The notes beneath the pieces are model-generated. The model made no database searches. It worked only from the letters and a program-made list of their open reading frames with translations, and was not told the origin of the DNA. A program made the position numbers and the translations under genes. From NCBI GenBank assembly GCA_039091855.1, contig JAWCLA010000011.1:1-16769 (forward strand): a DNA stretch of 16,769 nucleotides. Direction: 5' to 3'. The first letter of the stretch is position 1; each line of letters begins with the position of its first letter. Positions 1-7,187 of this stretch are shown here, one piece after another. Source of the stretch: Candidatus Aenigmatarchaeota archaeon (lineage in GTDB: Archaea > Aenigmatarchaeota > Aenigmatarchaeia > QMZP01).

Positions 1-210
1 CTTGGAAAGAAACTAAGAGAGGATGTTCTTGAAATGATGAGGAAGGATGGTGTGAAAGAGGTCTACGCAACCACCTGGTCAACAAACTCAAGAATGATTC
101 ACATAAACAGGAAGATGGGTTTCAAGGTCCAAAACATAAAAAAGAACGACAGGGGAAAGGGAATTCACACCATATTGTTCAGGAAGGTTCTGAAAGAGCG
201 ACAGGGTTAA
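1..210 (+). CDS. GNAT-family N-acetyltransferase, C-terminal part (5' end outside the window)
   Basis: Frame +1 is open from base 1 to TAA at 208-210: LGKKLREDVLEMMRKDGVKEVYATTWSTNSRMIHINRKMGFKVQNIKKNDRGKGIHTILFRKVLKERQG. It shows the end of GNAT motif A (GxxL helix), a beta strand, then N-x-x-x-I-x-x-N-x-K-x-G-F (motif B). Not in the ORF track. Confidence 0.8.
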   Translation, partial: LGKKLREDVLEMMRKDGVKEVYATTWSTNSRMIHINRKMGFKVQNIKKNDRGKGIHTILFRKVLKERQG

Positions 211-239
211 ACTAATATTTTTAATTCTAAATTATTTTT

Positions 240-440
240 ATGTACAGCGAACTTCATTGGGAGAGAAAGAACCTCGTAGGGATGGGTGCAAGGCAGATTT
301 CAGACAAAGAGTTTGCAGGCTATCTGGAACTGAAGAAAGACGGCTTGAGATACATATTTGAGCCTGTCTATGAAGCAAACGTGCACCCAGAGGAATCCAA
401 ACAGTGCCTGATAAGAAAAATAGAAAGGGTGGAGGGTTAG
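240..440 (+). CDS. Small hypothetical protein (66 aa)
   Basis: ORF fills the gap between genes, has an AT-rich TATA-like tract about 20 nt upstream (leaderless arrangement) and overlaps the convergent gene's stop by 4 nt. No family recognised. Confidence 0.55.
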   Translation: MYSELHWERKNLVGMGARQISDKEFAGYLELKKDGLRYIFEPVYEANVHPEESKQCLIRKIERVEG

Positions 441-880
441 TTCCTCACGCCATCCGGGTTGAATGTAAGCTTACCCAAATCCCTCTCGAGCCTCTCTATG
501 TCCTTCTTTATTGCCTCGAGATGGGCAAGAATCCTTTGCTTCTCCATGTCGAATTCCTCAAGGCTCTCGTAAACCTTTATGCCCTGCTTGAATTCGTTAA
601 GCGTGACCATCACGTAGGGAAACTTGTTCATCTCCCTTACGACGTTTGAACAAACCTTCTCAAGCCACTGGTTCATTGCGATTTTGACCTCCTTCTTTAT
701 CATCTTTTCCTTGTCAAGATGCTTTTTCATAAGCCTTACGACAGCGGCCTCGGGAAAGGCATATTTGCTTTCCTCCTCTGGCGTGGATTCCTCTTCCACG
801 GCCTCTAACATTTCCTCTTCCTTTTCCTCTTCAGGAGATTGAGCATTCTCTGTCTCCTGATTTTCTGATGTTACCATCAA
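437..880 (-). CDS. Atypical histone-fold protein (NF-YB/archaeal histone-like) with acidic N-terminal tail and C-terminal coiled coil
   Basis: FPEAAVVRLMKKHLDKEKMIKKEVKIAMNQWLEKVCSNVVREM aligns by eye with the histone-fold alpha1-L1-alpha2 pattern (LPxAxVxRIMK...I.K.AK). SD GGAGGTG lies just upstream of tandem TTG/ATG starts. Confidence 0.7.
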   Translation of the reverse strand: MMVTSENQETENAQSPEEEKEEEMLEAVEEESTPEEESKYAFPEAAVVRLMKKHLDKEKMIKKEVKIAMNQWLEKVCSNVVREMNKFPYVMVTLNEFKQGIKVYESLEEFDMEKQRILAHLEAIKKDIERLERDLGKLTFNPDGVRN

Positions 881-970
881 AACACCTCCGGACTTTCACT
901 CGTTGTTTCATTGGTTAATTAATATAATATTATAAATAAATATATAAGGGCATTCCTGCATATTCTTTTC
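881..970. promoter_or_regulatory. Divergent AT-rich promoter region (histone-fold gene / site-2 protease)
   Basis: Nearly pure A/T tract at about 915-948 with several TATA-like boxes. TATATAAG lies about 25 nt before ATG 971. Confidence 0.55.
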
Positions 971-2359
971 ATGACTGACTGGTACATGGTTTCTGTTCTG
1001 GTTTTTGCCGCTTTTCTGTCTGTGGTGGTTTACCTTGACAGGAAAAGGTGGAAGAGGGAGTCCATTCTCCTTCTCAGGAAAACCCAGAAGGGAAAGGCAT
1101 TCCTTATTTGGCTCGGCAACAGGTTTCCCAGGTTCTGGCTTGCCTTGGGAACTTTTGCAGTCATAATTACACTGGTTTCTTCTGTGTGGATTTTTTTGCT
1201 TCTGATAGTGAATACGCACCTATTGGCAACAGGCAAGACGGATTTGGGTCCCGGGATACTGCTGCCTTCACCTACTAACAAGGCTTTCATAGGACCCGGG
1301 TATTTGGCAGTGCCTTTCTGGTACTGGATAATATCAATAGCTGTTCTCGTGATAGCGCACGAGGGAATGCACGGTGTGATGGCAGCACGGGAAAAGGTAA
1401 GAATAAAATCACTCGGTTGGGGGCTTCTTGCAGTAATACCCCTGGCTTTTGTCGAGCCTGACGAAAAGCAGCTAAAAAGGCAAAAGCCGTGGAAGCAGCT
1501 CAGGGTTTTTGCCGCAGGCTCTTTCGCCAATTTTGCTGTAGCCTTTTGCAGCCTTGCCGTTCTTGCAATAATAGCGGTTGCGTTTTTTGTTCCAGCTGGC
1601 GTGGGATATACAGCCCTCATAAAGGACTATCCTGCGGAAAAGGCAAACATGACAGGAACGATAATATCAATAAATGGCGAGCCCGTTAATAGCAGGAAGG
1701 ATCTTTCTGAAATCCTCCTTAAAACAGGACCGAACAAAAACATTACAATAACCACGACAAACGGCACGCACAACTTTACTTATGTTATTGAAACCATTCC
1801 AGAGCCCGAGCCGGAATTCAGGCCTGACTTTTCCAGCTCAGCAGTCATATGGCTTGAGCACATATTTCCCGGAGCGATAGACTTCTCAAAATCAGTATCA
1901 GAAGGTCTTGCTTACATAACAGGAAACCAAAAGCAAAGGAGCTGGTCTTCCATCAAGGAGGAAATCAGTTTCTGGGAATACGTGAAATCCAACTATCCTG
2001 CTCTCACAGATAAGGCTGACTCAAAAATAAGCAATCTGGAAAAGGAATTGCAATCCCATCCTCGCTCAGGTTTCATAGGCATAATAGCAGATGTTTACGA
2101 TTACTCAAAAATCAAGCAGGGCCTCGAGAACTATGAGGGGGCTTTTGTCTTCCTTAAGGGGCTTATGTTTTTCCTCTTCTTTATCAACTTTGGTGTTGGC
2201 CTTTTCAATATGCTTCCGATAGGGCCTCTCGATGGAGGCAGGATGTGGGGCATAATTCTTAAAAGATTTGCCCCTGAGCATTCCAAAAAAATAATGAACT
2301 ACCTAACGATTTTGATAGTTGCGATATTGGCCTTGGATTTCATACTTGTGCTGACATAA
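971..2359 (+). CDS. Site-2 protease (M50 intramembrane zinc metalloprotease) with PDZ-like domain
   Basis: HEGMH (HExxH), AFVEPDE, AAGSFAN and NMLPIGPLDGG motifs; multiple TM segments; PDZ-like stretch YPAEKANMTGTIISINGEPV. Confidence 0.95.
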   Translation: MTDWYMVSVLVFAAFLSVVVYLDRKRWKRESILLLRKTQKGKAFLIWLGNRFPRFWLALGTFAVIITLVSSVWIFLLLIVNTHLLATGKTDLGPGILLPSPTNKAFIGPGYLAVPFWYWIISIAVLVIAHEGMHGVMAAREKVRIKSLGWGLLAVIPLAFVEPDEKQLKRQKPWKQLRVFAAGSFANFAVAFCSLAVLAIIAVAFFVPAGVGYTALIKDYPAEKANMTGTIISINGEPVNSRKDLSEILLKTGPNKNITITTTNGTHNFTYVIETIPEPEPEFRPDFSSSAVIWLEHIFPGAIDFSKSVSEGLAYITGNQKQRSWSSIKEEISFWEYVKSNYPALTDKADSKISNLEKELQSHPRSGFIGIIADVYDYSKIKQGLENYEGAFVFLKGLMFFLFFINFGVGLFNMLPIGPLDGGRMWGIILKRFAPEHSKKIMNYLTILIVAILALDFILVLT

Positions 2360-2392
2360 AGGATTTAAACCCAACCTGACATTTAGTTATAA

Positions 2393-2503
2393 CCCGGCAG
2401 CGCAGGAGCCGCTTAAACTATCAGGCGGCCGATTGAAGGTGGCGATTCGATGGAATGTTTTGAAATCGCCTTCTTTCGAAATATTGAACTGGGAGGTGCT
2501 TGG
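2393..2503 (+). promoter_or_regulatory. Candidate structured 5' leader of rps6e, ending in SD GGAGGTG
   Basis: TTTAAA box at about 2364-2369, then a GC-rich untranslated stretch with stems GCCGC/GCGGC and GGCGATT/AATCGCC. SD at 2492-2498. Confidence 0.45.
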
Positions 2504-2977
2504 ATGGCAAACTTCAAGATAGTGATTTCTGACCCAAAGTCAAGAAAGGCTTACCAGAAGGAAGTTGACCAGACCCAGTCTGGGCTTTTCGGAAAGAAAA
2601 TAGGGGACAGGTTTAATGGAAACCTCATAGGGCTTGCTGGCTACGAGCTTGAGATAACAGGAGGCTCTGACAAGGAAGGGTTTCCTATGAGGAGGGACAT
2701 TGATGGCTTTGCCAGGAAAAAGGTCCTTCTCTCAGGCCCGCCAGGCTATCACCCGAAATCAAGGGGAATGAGAAAAAGGGTTTCCGTCAGGGGAAACACC
2801 ATATCGCCGCAGATATCGCAAATCAACGTAAAGGTTGTCTCCTATGGGCAAAAGCCTATCGAGGAGATACTGGGCGTAAAGGCGAAGGAAAAGCCGGAAG
2901 AGAAAAAGCCGGAAAAGGAAACTGATGAGAAAAGCGAGGTAAAGGAGGAGAAAACAGAGTCAGAAAAAAAGGGATAA
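2504..2977 (+). CDS. rps6e: 30S ribosomal protein S6e (eS6)
   Basis: FKIVISDP, ITGGSDKEGFPMR, RKRVSVRGN and QINVKV are eS6 signatures. Start moved from 2450 to ATG 2504 because GGAGGTG lies 5 nt upstream and the family match begins at MANFKIV. Confidence 0.97.
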   Translation: MANFKIVISDPKSRKAYQKEVDQTQSGLFGKKIGDRFNGNLIGLAGYELEITGGSDKEGFPMRRDIDGFARKKVLLSGPPGYHPKSRGMRKRVSVRGNTISPQISQINVKVVSYGQKPIEEILGVKAKEKPEEKKPEKETDEKSEVKEEKTESEKKG

Positions 2978-2978
2978 A

Positions 2979-3182
2979 CTACTCCCTTATCCTGTCCTTT
3001 CCTCTTGCCCATCCGAGAAACCTTGAAACCCTGAACATTCCCTCGTTTCTGTGGCTTGAAAGGAATCTGTTGAAGCAGTCCCTGCAAACGTGGGCAGTTA
3101 TTCCTGTTGAGTTAAGGGAATCCCTCAGCTGAAGCCTGTACCTTTTCCTTGTAAGGTTCTTGCAGACTATACAATAATCCAT
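2979..3182 (-). CDS. Small zinc-finger protein (CxxC...CxxC, 67 aa)
   Basis: YCIVC and VCRDC motifs. SD-like GAGGTAGG precedes the ATG, and the gene follows another Cys-rich ORF on the same strand. Confidence 0.7.
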   Translation of the reverse strand: MDYCIVCKNLTRKRYRLQLRDSLNSTGITAHVCRDCFNRFLSSHRNEGMFRVSRFLGWARGKDRIRE

Positions 3183-3208
3183 AACCTACCTCTTCCCGAG
3201 AATAAGAA

Positions 3209-3352
3209 TCAGGGCCAGCAGAGGTCCCACCACCTGCACTTGTGGCCTTTCATCTTTGTTATGCAGCAGTCCTTGCAGATTCTTGCTCCGACAGGGTTGT
3301 GCACTTCGCATTCCTTCGTGGGAGAACTGTTCCCGCAGTCATCGCAGCCCAA
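3209..3352 (-). CDS. Unannotated Cys/His-rich microprotein (47 aa, TTG start)
   Basis: Manual translation: MGCDDCGNSSPTKECEVHNPVGARICKDCCITKMKGHKCRWWDLCWP. SD GGTGA is 4 nt before the TTG, and a TTTATATA box lies upstream at about 3405-3412. It has 8 Cys and 2 His. Confidence 0.72.
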   Translation of the reverse strand: MGCDDCGNSSPTKECEVHNPVGARICKDCCITKMKGHKCRWWDLCWP

Positions 3353-3503
3353 TTTTTCACCATTAATTTTTTCATTGATTTGGATAAAAATGTGGCTTAA
3401 CTGTTATATAAATCTTTGCATACACAAAAAACCAGATGACGAAATTTCAAACTATGTTTTTATAGCTTATTTCCCAAAATGATTTATTTCGGAAGGGAAG
3501 TTT

Positions 3504-4127
3504 ATGCCCGAAAGGATGACAGCGAGAAAGGTAAGGATAGCGGAAATAACCAACGGGAGATGGGTAAAGAACGAGGGGCTTGAGCCGAGTTTTGTGGTTA
3601 CGCCTTCGGGGGAGCAGGTTTCACGCGCAAGGATAATGGGAACTGTTGTATCAAAGTTCGTTTCAGAGGACGAGAATTTCGCCTCGATAACTGTTGATGA
3701 CTCCACTGATACGATAAGGGTCAAGACATTCAAGACAGTGAAGCCACTTGATGTTGTGCAGACAGGGGACATAGTGGATGTGATAGGAAAGGTTAGGGAA
3801 TACAACGCAGAGGTTTACATAATGCCGGAGATAGTGAGAAAGATAGAAGACCCGAATCTGGAACTTTTAAGAAGGCTTGAGCTTATTGCAAAGGCAAGAA
3901 AACTTATGCAATCCCCCATCCCACAGTTCATTTCTGCAAAGGAGGACAGGGCAAACCTCAAGAAAAAAGTCCTCGAGGTTATAGAATCGGATAAGTCAGG
4001 TGTTTCATACTCAAAAATCCTTGAGATGGTAAATGCACCTGAAACGCAGGTAGAGTCAGTGGTAAACGAGCTCCTTGACGAGGGAATATGCTACGAGCCA
4101 ACGCCGGGTAAGATAAGGAAGATATGA
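3504..4127 (+). CDS. RPA32/RPA2-like ssDNA-binding protein (OB fold plus C-terminal winged helix)
   Basis: VSRARIMGTVVSKF, ITVDDSTDTIRV and GDIVDVIGKVREY fit an RPA2-type OB fold. The C-terminal VNELLDEGICYEPTPGKIRKI fits a winged helix. Confidence 0.88.
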   Translation: MPERMTARKVRIAEITNGRWVKNEGLEPSFVVTPSGEQVSRARIMGTVVSKFVSEDENFASITVDDSTDTIRVKTFKTVKPLDVVQTGDIVDVIGKVREYNAEVYIMPEIVRKIEDPNLELLRRLELIAKARKLMQSPIPQFISAKEDRANLKKKVLEVIESDKSGVSYSKILEMVNAPETQVESVVNELLDEGICYEPTPGKIRKI

Positions 4128-4191
4128 AAGATTTATCTCCCTCTGGAAATAATCAGCCGCGCCTTATAAAACTTTTTCCCAAGTGTAATCT

Positions 4192-6210
4192 ATGATTACG
4201 CGTGTTTCTCTAAAAGGGTGGAAGTCTCACCTCGATTCAGAGTTAGAATTCTCCAAAGGCGTGAACGCGATAATCGGGATAATGGGTTCTGGAAAGACAT
4301 CTGTGATGGACGGTATTTCATTTGCACTTTACGGTAACTTTCCGGCCTTGCAGTCAAGGAAGGTCACAATCAGTGACTTGATAATGAAGAAGCCGCAAAG
4401 GAAAAGCAAGGCTGAGATAGAGCTGGTATTCAGCGTGAATGGCAATAGTTACTCTATAAAGAGAGTGATAGAGGAAAGGGGGACGACTGTTGCGGAAATA
4501 AGGAAAGATGGCAGGCTTGTTGACGTTAACCCGCAAAATGTCACTAAACAGGTTGAGAAAATTCTGCAGATGGATTACGAGCTCTTCTCAAGGGCTGTCT
4601 ATTCCGAGCAGAACGGGCTTGACTATTTTTTGAGGGTGCCGAAAGGCCAGAGGATGCAGCAGATAGACAGCATGCTTAAGGTTGACCAGTTTGAGGATGT
4701 GAGGGAAAGCTGTGTGTCGCTTGCTAACAGGATAGCAAACTCTGTGAAGGAAAAGGCAAGGATTGTTTCACAGCTTGAGAGCGAGATGCTTTCCGAAAGG
4801 ATAGAGAATATAGTGAATGAGATAGATGAGCTTAAGGGAAAGGCAAGGCCAATAAAGATCAGGCTGGAATCGCTTAAAGGGGAAATAGAATCGCTTTCAA
4901 AAAGGCTCTCTGGTTTCGAGGGATTAGAAACAGAAGCAAACAAAAAGAAAAGGGAACTGGATGCACTGAACGCCTCAATAGGCGAGATAGTTTCCTCGCT
5001 TGAAAATAAGAAGCCGGAAATAAAGGGAAAGGAGGGGCTTGACCTCAAAAAGGAGATAGCGGCAGTTGAGGATGGAATAAAGAACATAGAAGAGGATATA
5101 AGAGGGAAGAGAGAAACGCTAAATGGGTACAGAGAACAGATAGCATCAATAATGGCTAGGATGGAGATTGTTGAAAATGCCATAAAGGAGCTTGAGGGTA
5201 TTGAGGCAAAATGCCCTGTCTGCGAAAGCCAGATAACGGAGGAAAGAAAAAAATCCCTGATAAAGGCAAGAAGGAGCGAAAGAAAAGCCTTTGACGGCGA
5301 ACTTCACTCACTGGAGGAAAAAATAATTGCTGTTTCAGGGGAGATTCAGGCACTCGAAAAAAGGCTCAGGCTGAACATATCGGAAAGGGAGAAGCTTGTG
5401 CACCTTGAGAGTGACATAAGGCTCGTTAGAGAGTGGGAGAGAAGGCTTGAGGAGAAAAAAAGGGAAAGGGAAAGGGTGGAGGCGGAGCTGAAAAGAATGG
5501 AGGAGGAGCTTTCAAGGACCGACATCAAGAAGCTTCGCTCCGAGCTTCAGGAAAAAGCCATTGAGCAAAGGGAAGCAAATGTGATGCTCAGCTCTTTGCG
5601 CGAAAAAATCCTTGACAGGGAAGAGATGTTGAGGGACCTTGAGAAGAGAAATTCATTGCTGAAAGATTACAGGGAGGAGATAGAGAGGGACAGAAACGCA
5701 ATAGAGAGCCTCAACACGTTCGTCGGGGTTCTCAGGGCAACGCAGGAACAGCTCAGGGAGGAGTTCCTGAAGAACGTCAACAGGATAATGTCCGCTGTGT
5801 GGAACGAAATTTATCCTTATGCCGATTTCACGGGAATAAGGCTTGTTGTGGACAAGGATTACGTGCTTCAGCTGAAGGGTTCTGAGGGTTGGATTAATGT
5901 TGACGGGATAGCGTCAGGCGGCGAGAGGTCTATGGCATGCCTTGCGTTAAGGATTGCGTTTTCCCTCTCGTTCATACCAAACCTGAGATGGCTGATACTT
6001 GACGAGCCCACCCACAACCTTGATTCCAACGCGATTAACCAGTTCATAGAAGTCCTAAGGGAAAAGATGCCGTCATTCGTGGAGCAGGTTTTTCTTATAA
6101 CACACGACGAGAGGATTTCGGAGGGCGTTCAGGGAGCCGAAGGGGTCTTGTACAAGCTGGAAAGGAACAAGAACGAGAACGGGGCGACTTTTGTGAGAAG
6201 GTGGGAGTGA
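4192..6210 (+). CDS. rad50: Rad50/SbcC-family SMC-like ATPase
   Basis: Walker A GIMGSGKT, Q-loop YSEQ, long coiled coil with central zinc hook CPVC, signature SGGE, Walker B/D-loop LILDEPTHNLD and H-loop LITHD. Own TTATAAA box about 22 nt upstream. Confidence 0.92.
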   Translation: MITRVSLKGWKSHLDSELEFSKGVNAIIGIMGSGKTSVMDGISFALYGNFPALQSRKVTISDLIMKKPQRKSKAEIELVFSVNGNSYSIKRVIEERGTTVAEIRKDGRLVDVNPQNVTKQVEKILQMDYELFSRAVYSEQNGLDYFLRVPKGQRMQQIDSMLKVDQFEDVRESCVSLANRIANSVKEKARIVSQLESEMLSERIENIVNEIDELKGKARPIKIRLESLKGEIESLSKRLSGFEGLETEANKKKRELDALNASIGEIVSSLENKKPEIKGKEGLDLKKEIAAVEDGIKNIEEDIRGKRETLNGYREQIASIMARMEIVENAIKELEGIEAKCPVCESQITEERKKSLIKARRSERKAFDGELHSLEEKIIAVSGEIQALEKRLRLNISEREKLVHLESDIRLVREWERRLEEKKRERERVEAELKRMEEELSRTDIKKLRSELQEKAIEQREANVMLSSLREKILDREEMLRDLEKRNSLLKDYREEIERDRNAIESLNTFVGVLRATQEQLREEFLKNVNRIMSAVWNEIYPYADFTGIRLVVDKDYVLQLKGSEGWINVDGIASGGERSMACLALRIAFSLSFIPNLRWLILDEPTHNLDSNAINQFIEVLREKMPSFVEQVFLITHDERISEGVQGAEGVLYKLERNKNENGATFVRRWE

Positions 6211-6212
6211 AT

Positions 6213-6494
6213 TCATTCCCGCAGGCTCTTGACTATGGCTGAAATCATCCGCTTTCCTTTTTTTGTCAGGTAATATTCAACCTTCAGAGGCTTATCCACC
6301 ACTATCTTTTTTGTCACGAGTGCCATATCCTCAAGAGTCTTGAGCCTGTTGGAAAGGACTTTGGAGGTTATGGGCTTCAGGGCTTTCTTGATGTAGTTGA
6401 ATCCTACCTTCTCGTTCTCAAAAACAATGAACATAATCCTGAATACCCATTTCCTGTTTATCTTCTCTAACTTGTAGAAAAGAGGGTTTTGCAT
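6213..6494 (-). CDS. HxlR/DUF24-family winged-helix transcriptional regulator
   Basis: KW...I, FNxIKKxL, ITSKVLSNRLKTLE and PLKVEYYLTKKG match the HxlR pattern. Confidence 0.92.
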   Translation of the reverse strand: MQNPLFYKLEKINRKWVFRIMFIVFENEKVGFNYIKKALKPITSKVLSNRLKTLEDMALVTKKIVVDKPLKVEYYLTKKGKRMISAIVKSLRE

Positions 6495-6553
6495 GATGGC
6501 AAAAGATAGACGGCTTAGATAATGTTAGATAAAGCCGTCGTTCCGGGATAGCG

Positions 6554-6569
6554 GTATCCTTAAGGATAC
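6554..6569. promoter_or_regulatory. Perfect 16-bp palindrome, probable HxlR operator
   Basis: GTATCCTTAAGGATAC is its own reverse complement and lies between a TTATATAA box (about 6575-6582) and the hxlR start. Confidence 0.65.
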
Positions 6570-6683
6570 TTACGTTATATAATTGGCTGGAAACTAATAT
6601 ATAATAGTTCCTTTCAGGAGCGGGGTGAAAACCGGAGGTGAAAAAATGGAAGAATCACAGTGATTTTTAAATTTCAAATCCCT

Positions 6684-6702
6684 CTTTTTTTCTTTTTCAT
6701 TA
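6684..6702 (+). terminator. Oligo-T tract, possible archaeal terminator after the mini-ORF transcript
   Basis: CTCTTTTTTTCTTTTTCATT run downstream of 6663. Confidence 0.35.
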
Positions 6703-6729
6703 AAAATAAATTTTGCAAACTATGGTTTT

Positions 6730-7173
6730 ATGAAAGAAGTGTTAATAAGGGATTTTATAGAAAGTGACATAGAAAAGATTCTTGATTACAGAGAAGAGTC
6801 AGGAAGAATAAGTTTTCCGGAACTGACCATTGACAGGGAAAGGGCTAAAGGCTATATCATAGACCATGTTAAAAAATATCCCGGAACGCTGAAGGTTGCG
6901 GTGCTTAATGGCAAAACGGTTGGCTTCATAAGATTTCATATAGTGGAAGGCTCTTTCGGGGATTATGGCCTCATAGACATAATCTTCGTTGAAGAAATTC
7001 ACAGGAGGCAAGGCATAGGAAACCTACTCCTTCAAGAGGCGGAGAAATGGTTCCGCTCAAAAGGATTGTCCCGTATAGAAGCTACAATTACAAATACGAA
7101 CATACCATCAATAAATTTCTTCAAATCGCGTGGTTATATTGAAAAGAGAACTATCTTCGAGAAAAAATTGTGA
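6730..7173 (+). CDS. GNAT-family N-acetyltransferase
   Basis: IFVEEIHRRQGIGNLLL (motif A, acetyl-CoA binding) and NIPSINFFKSRGY (motif B). Confidence 0.93.
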   Translation: MKEVLIRDFIESDIEKILDYREESGRISFPELTIDRERAKGYIIDHVKKYPGTLKVAVLNGKTVGFIRFHIVEGSFGDYGLIDIIFVEEIHRRQGIGNLLLQEAEKWFRSKGLSRIEATITNTNIPSINFFKSRGYIEKRTIFEKKL

Positions 7174-7187
7174 GAAAAAACACATTA

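Noticed and set aside
2450-2503. N-terminal extensions in the ORF track for eS6 (2450), uS7 (7847), uS12 (8376), MbhJ (8661) and the MBL hydrolase (9145)
   Set aside because: Family similarity, SD/TATA positions and stop-start coupling all point to the downstream starts at 2504, 7790, 8220, 8709 and 9274.
2875-2977. Lys/Glu-rich tail of eS6 with the short repeat AAAAGCCGGAA
   Set aside because: Low-complexity charged tails are common on such proteins; the repeat reflects the KPE codons and is not an array.
4750-5760. Purine-rich quasi-repetitive DNA
   Set aside because: It encodes the Rad50 coiled coil; there are no true tandem or CRISPR-like repeats.
4192-6210. SMC-based defence system (Wadjet/Lamassu)
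   Set aside because: The zinc-hook Rad50 architecture and the absence of kleisin, KITE or effector genes favour ordinary DNA repair.
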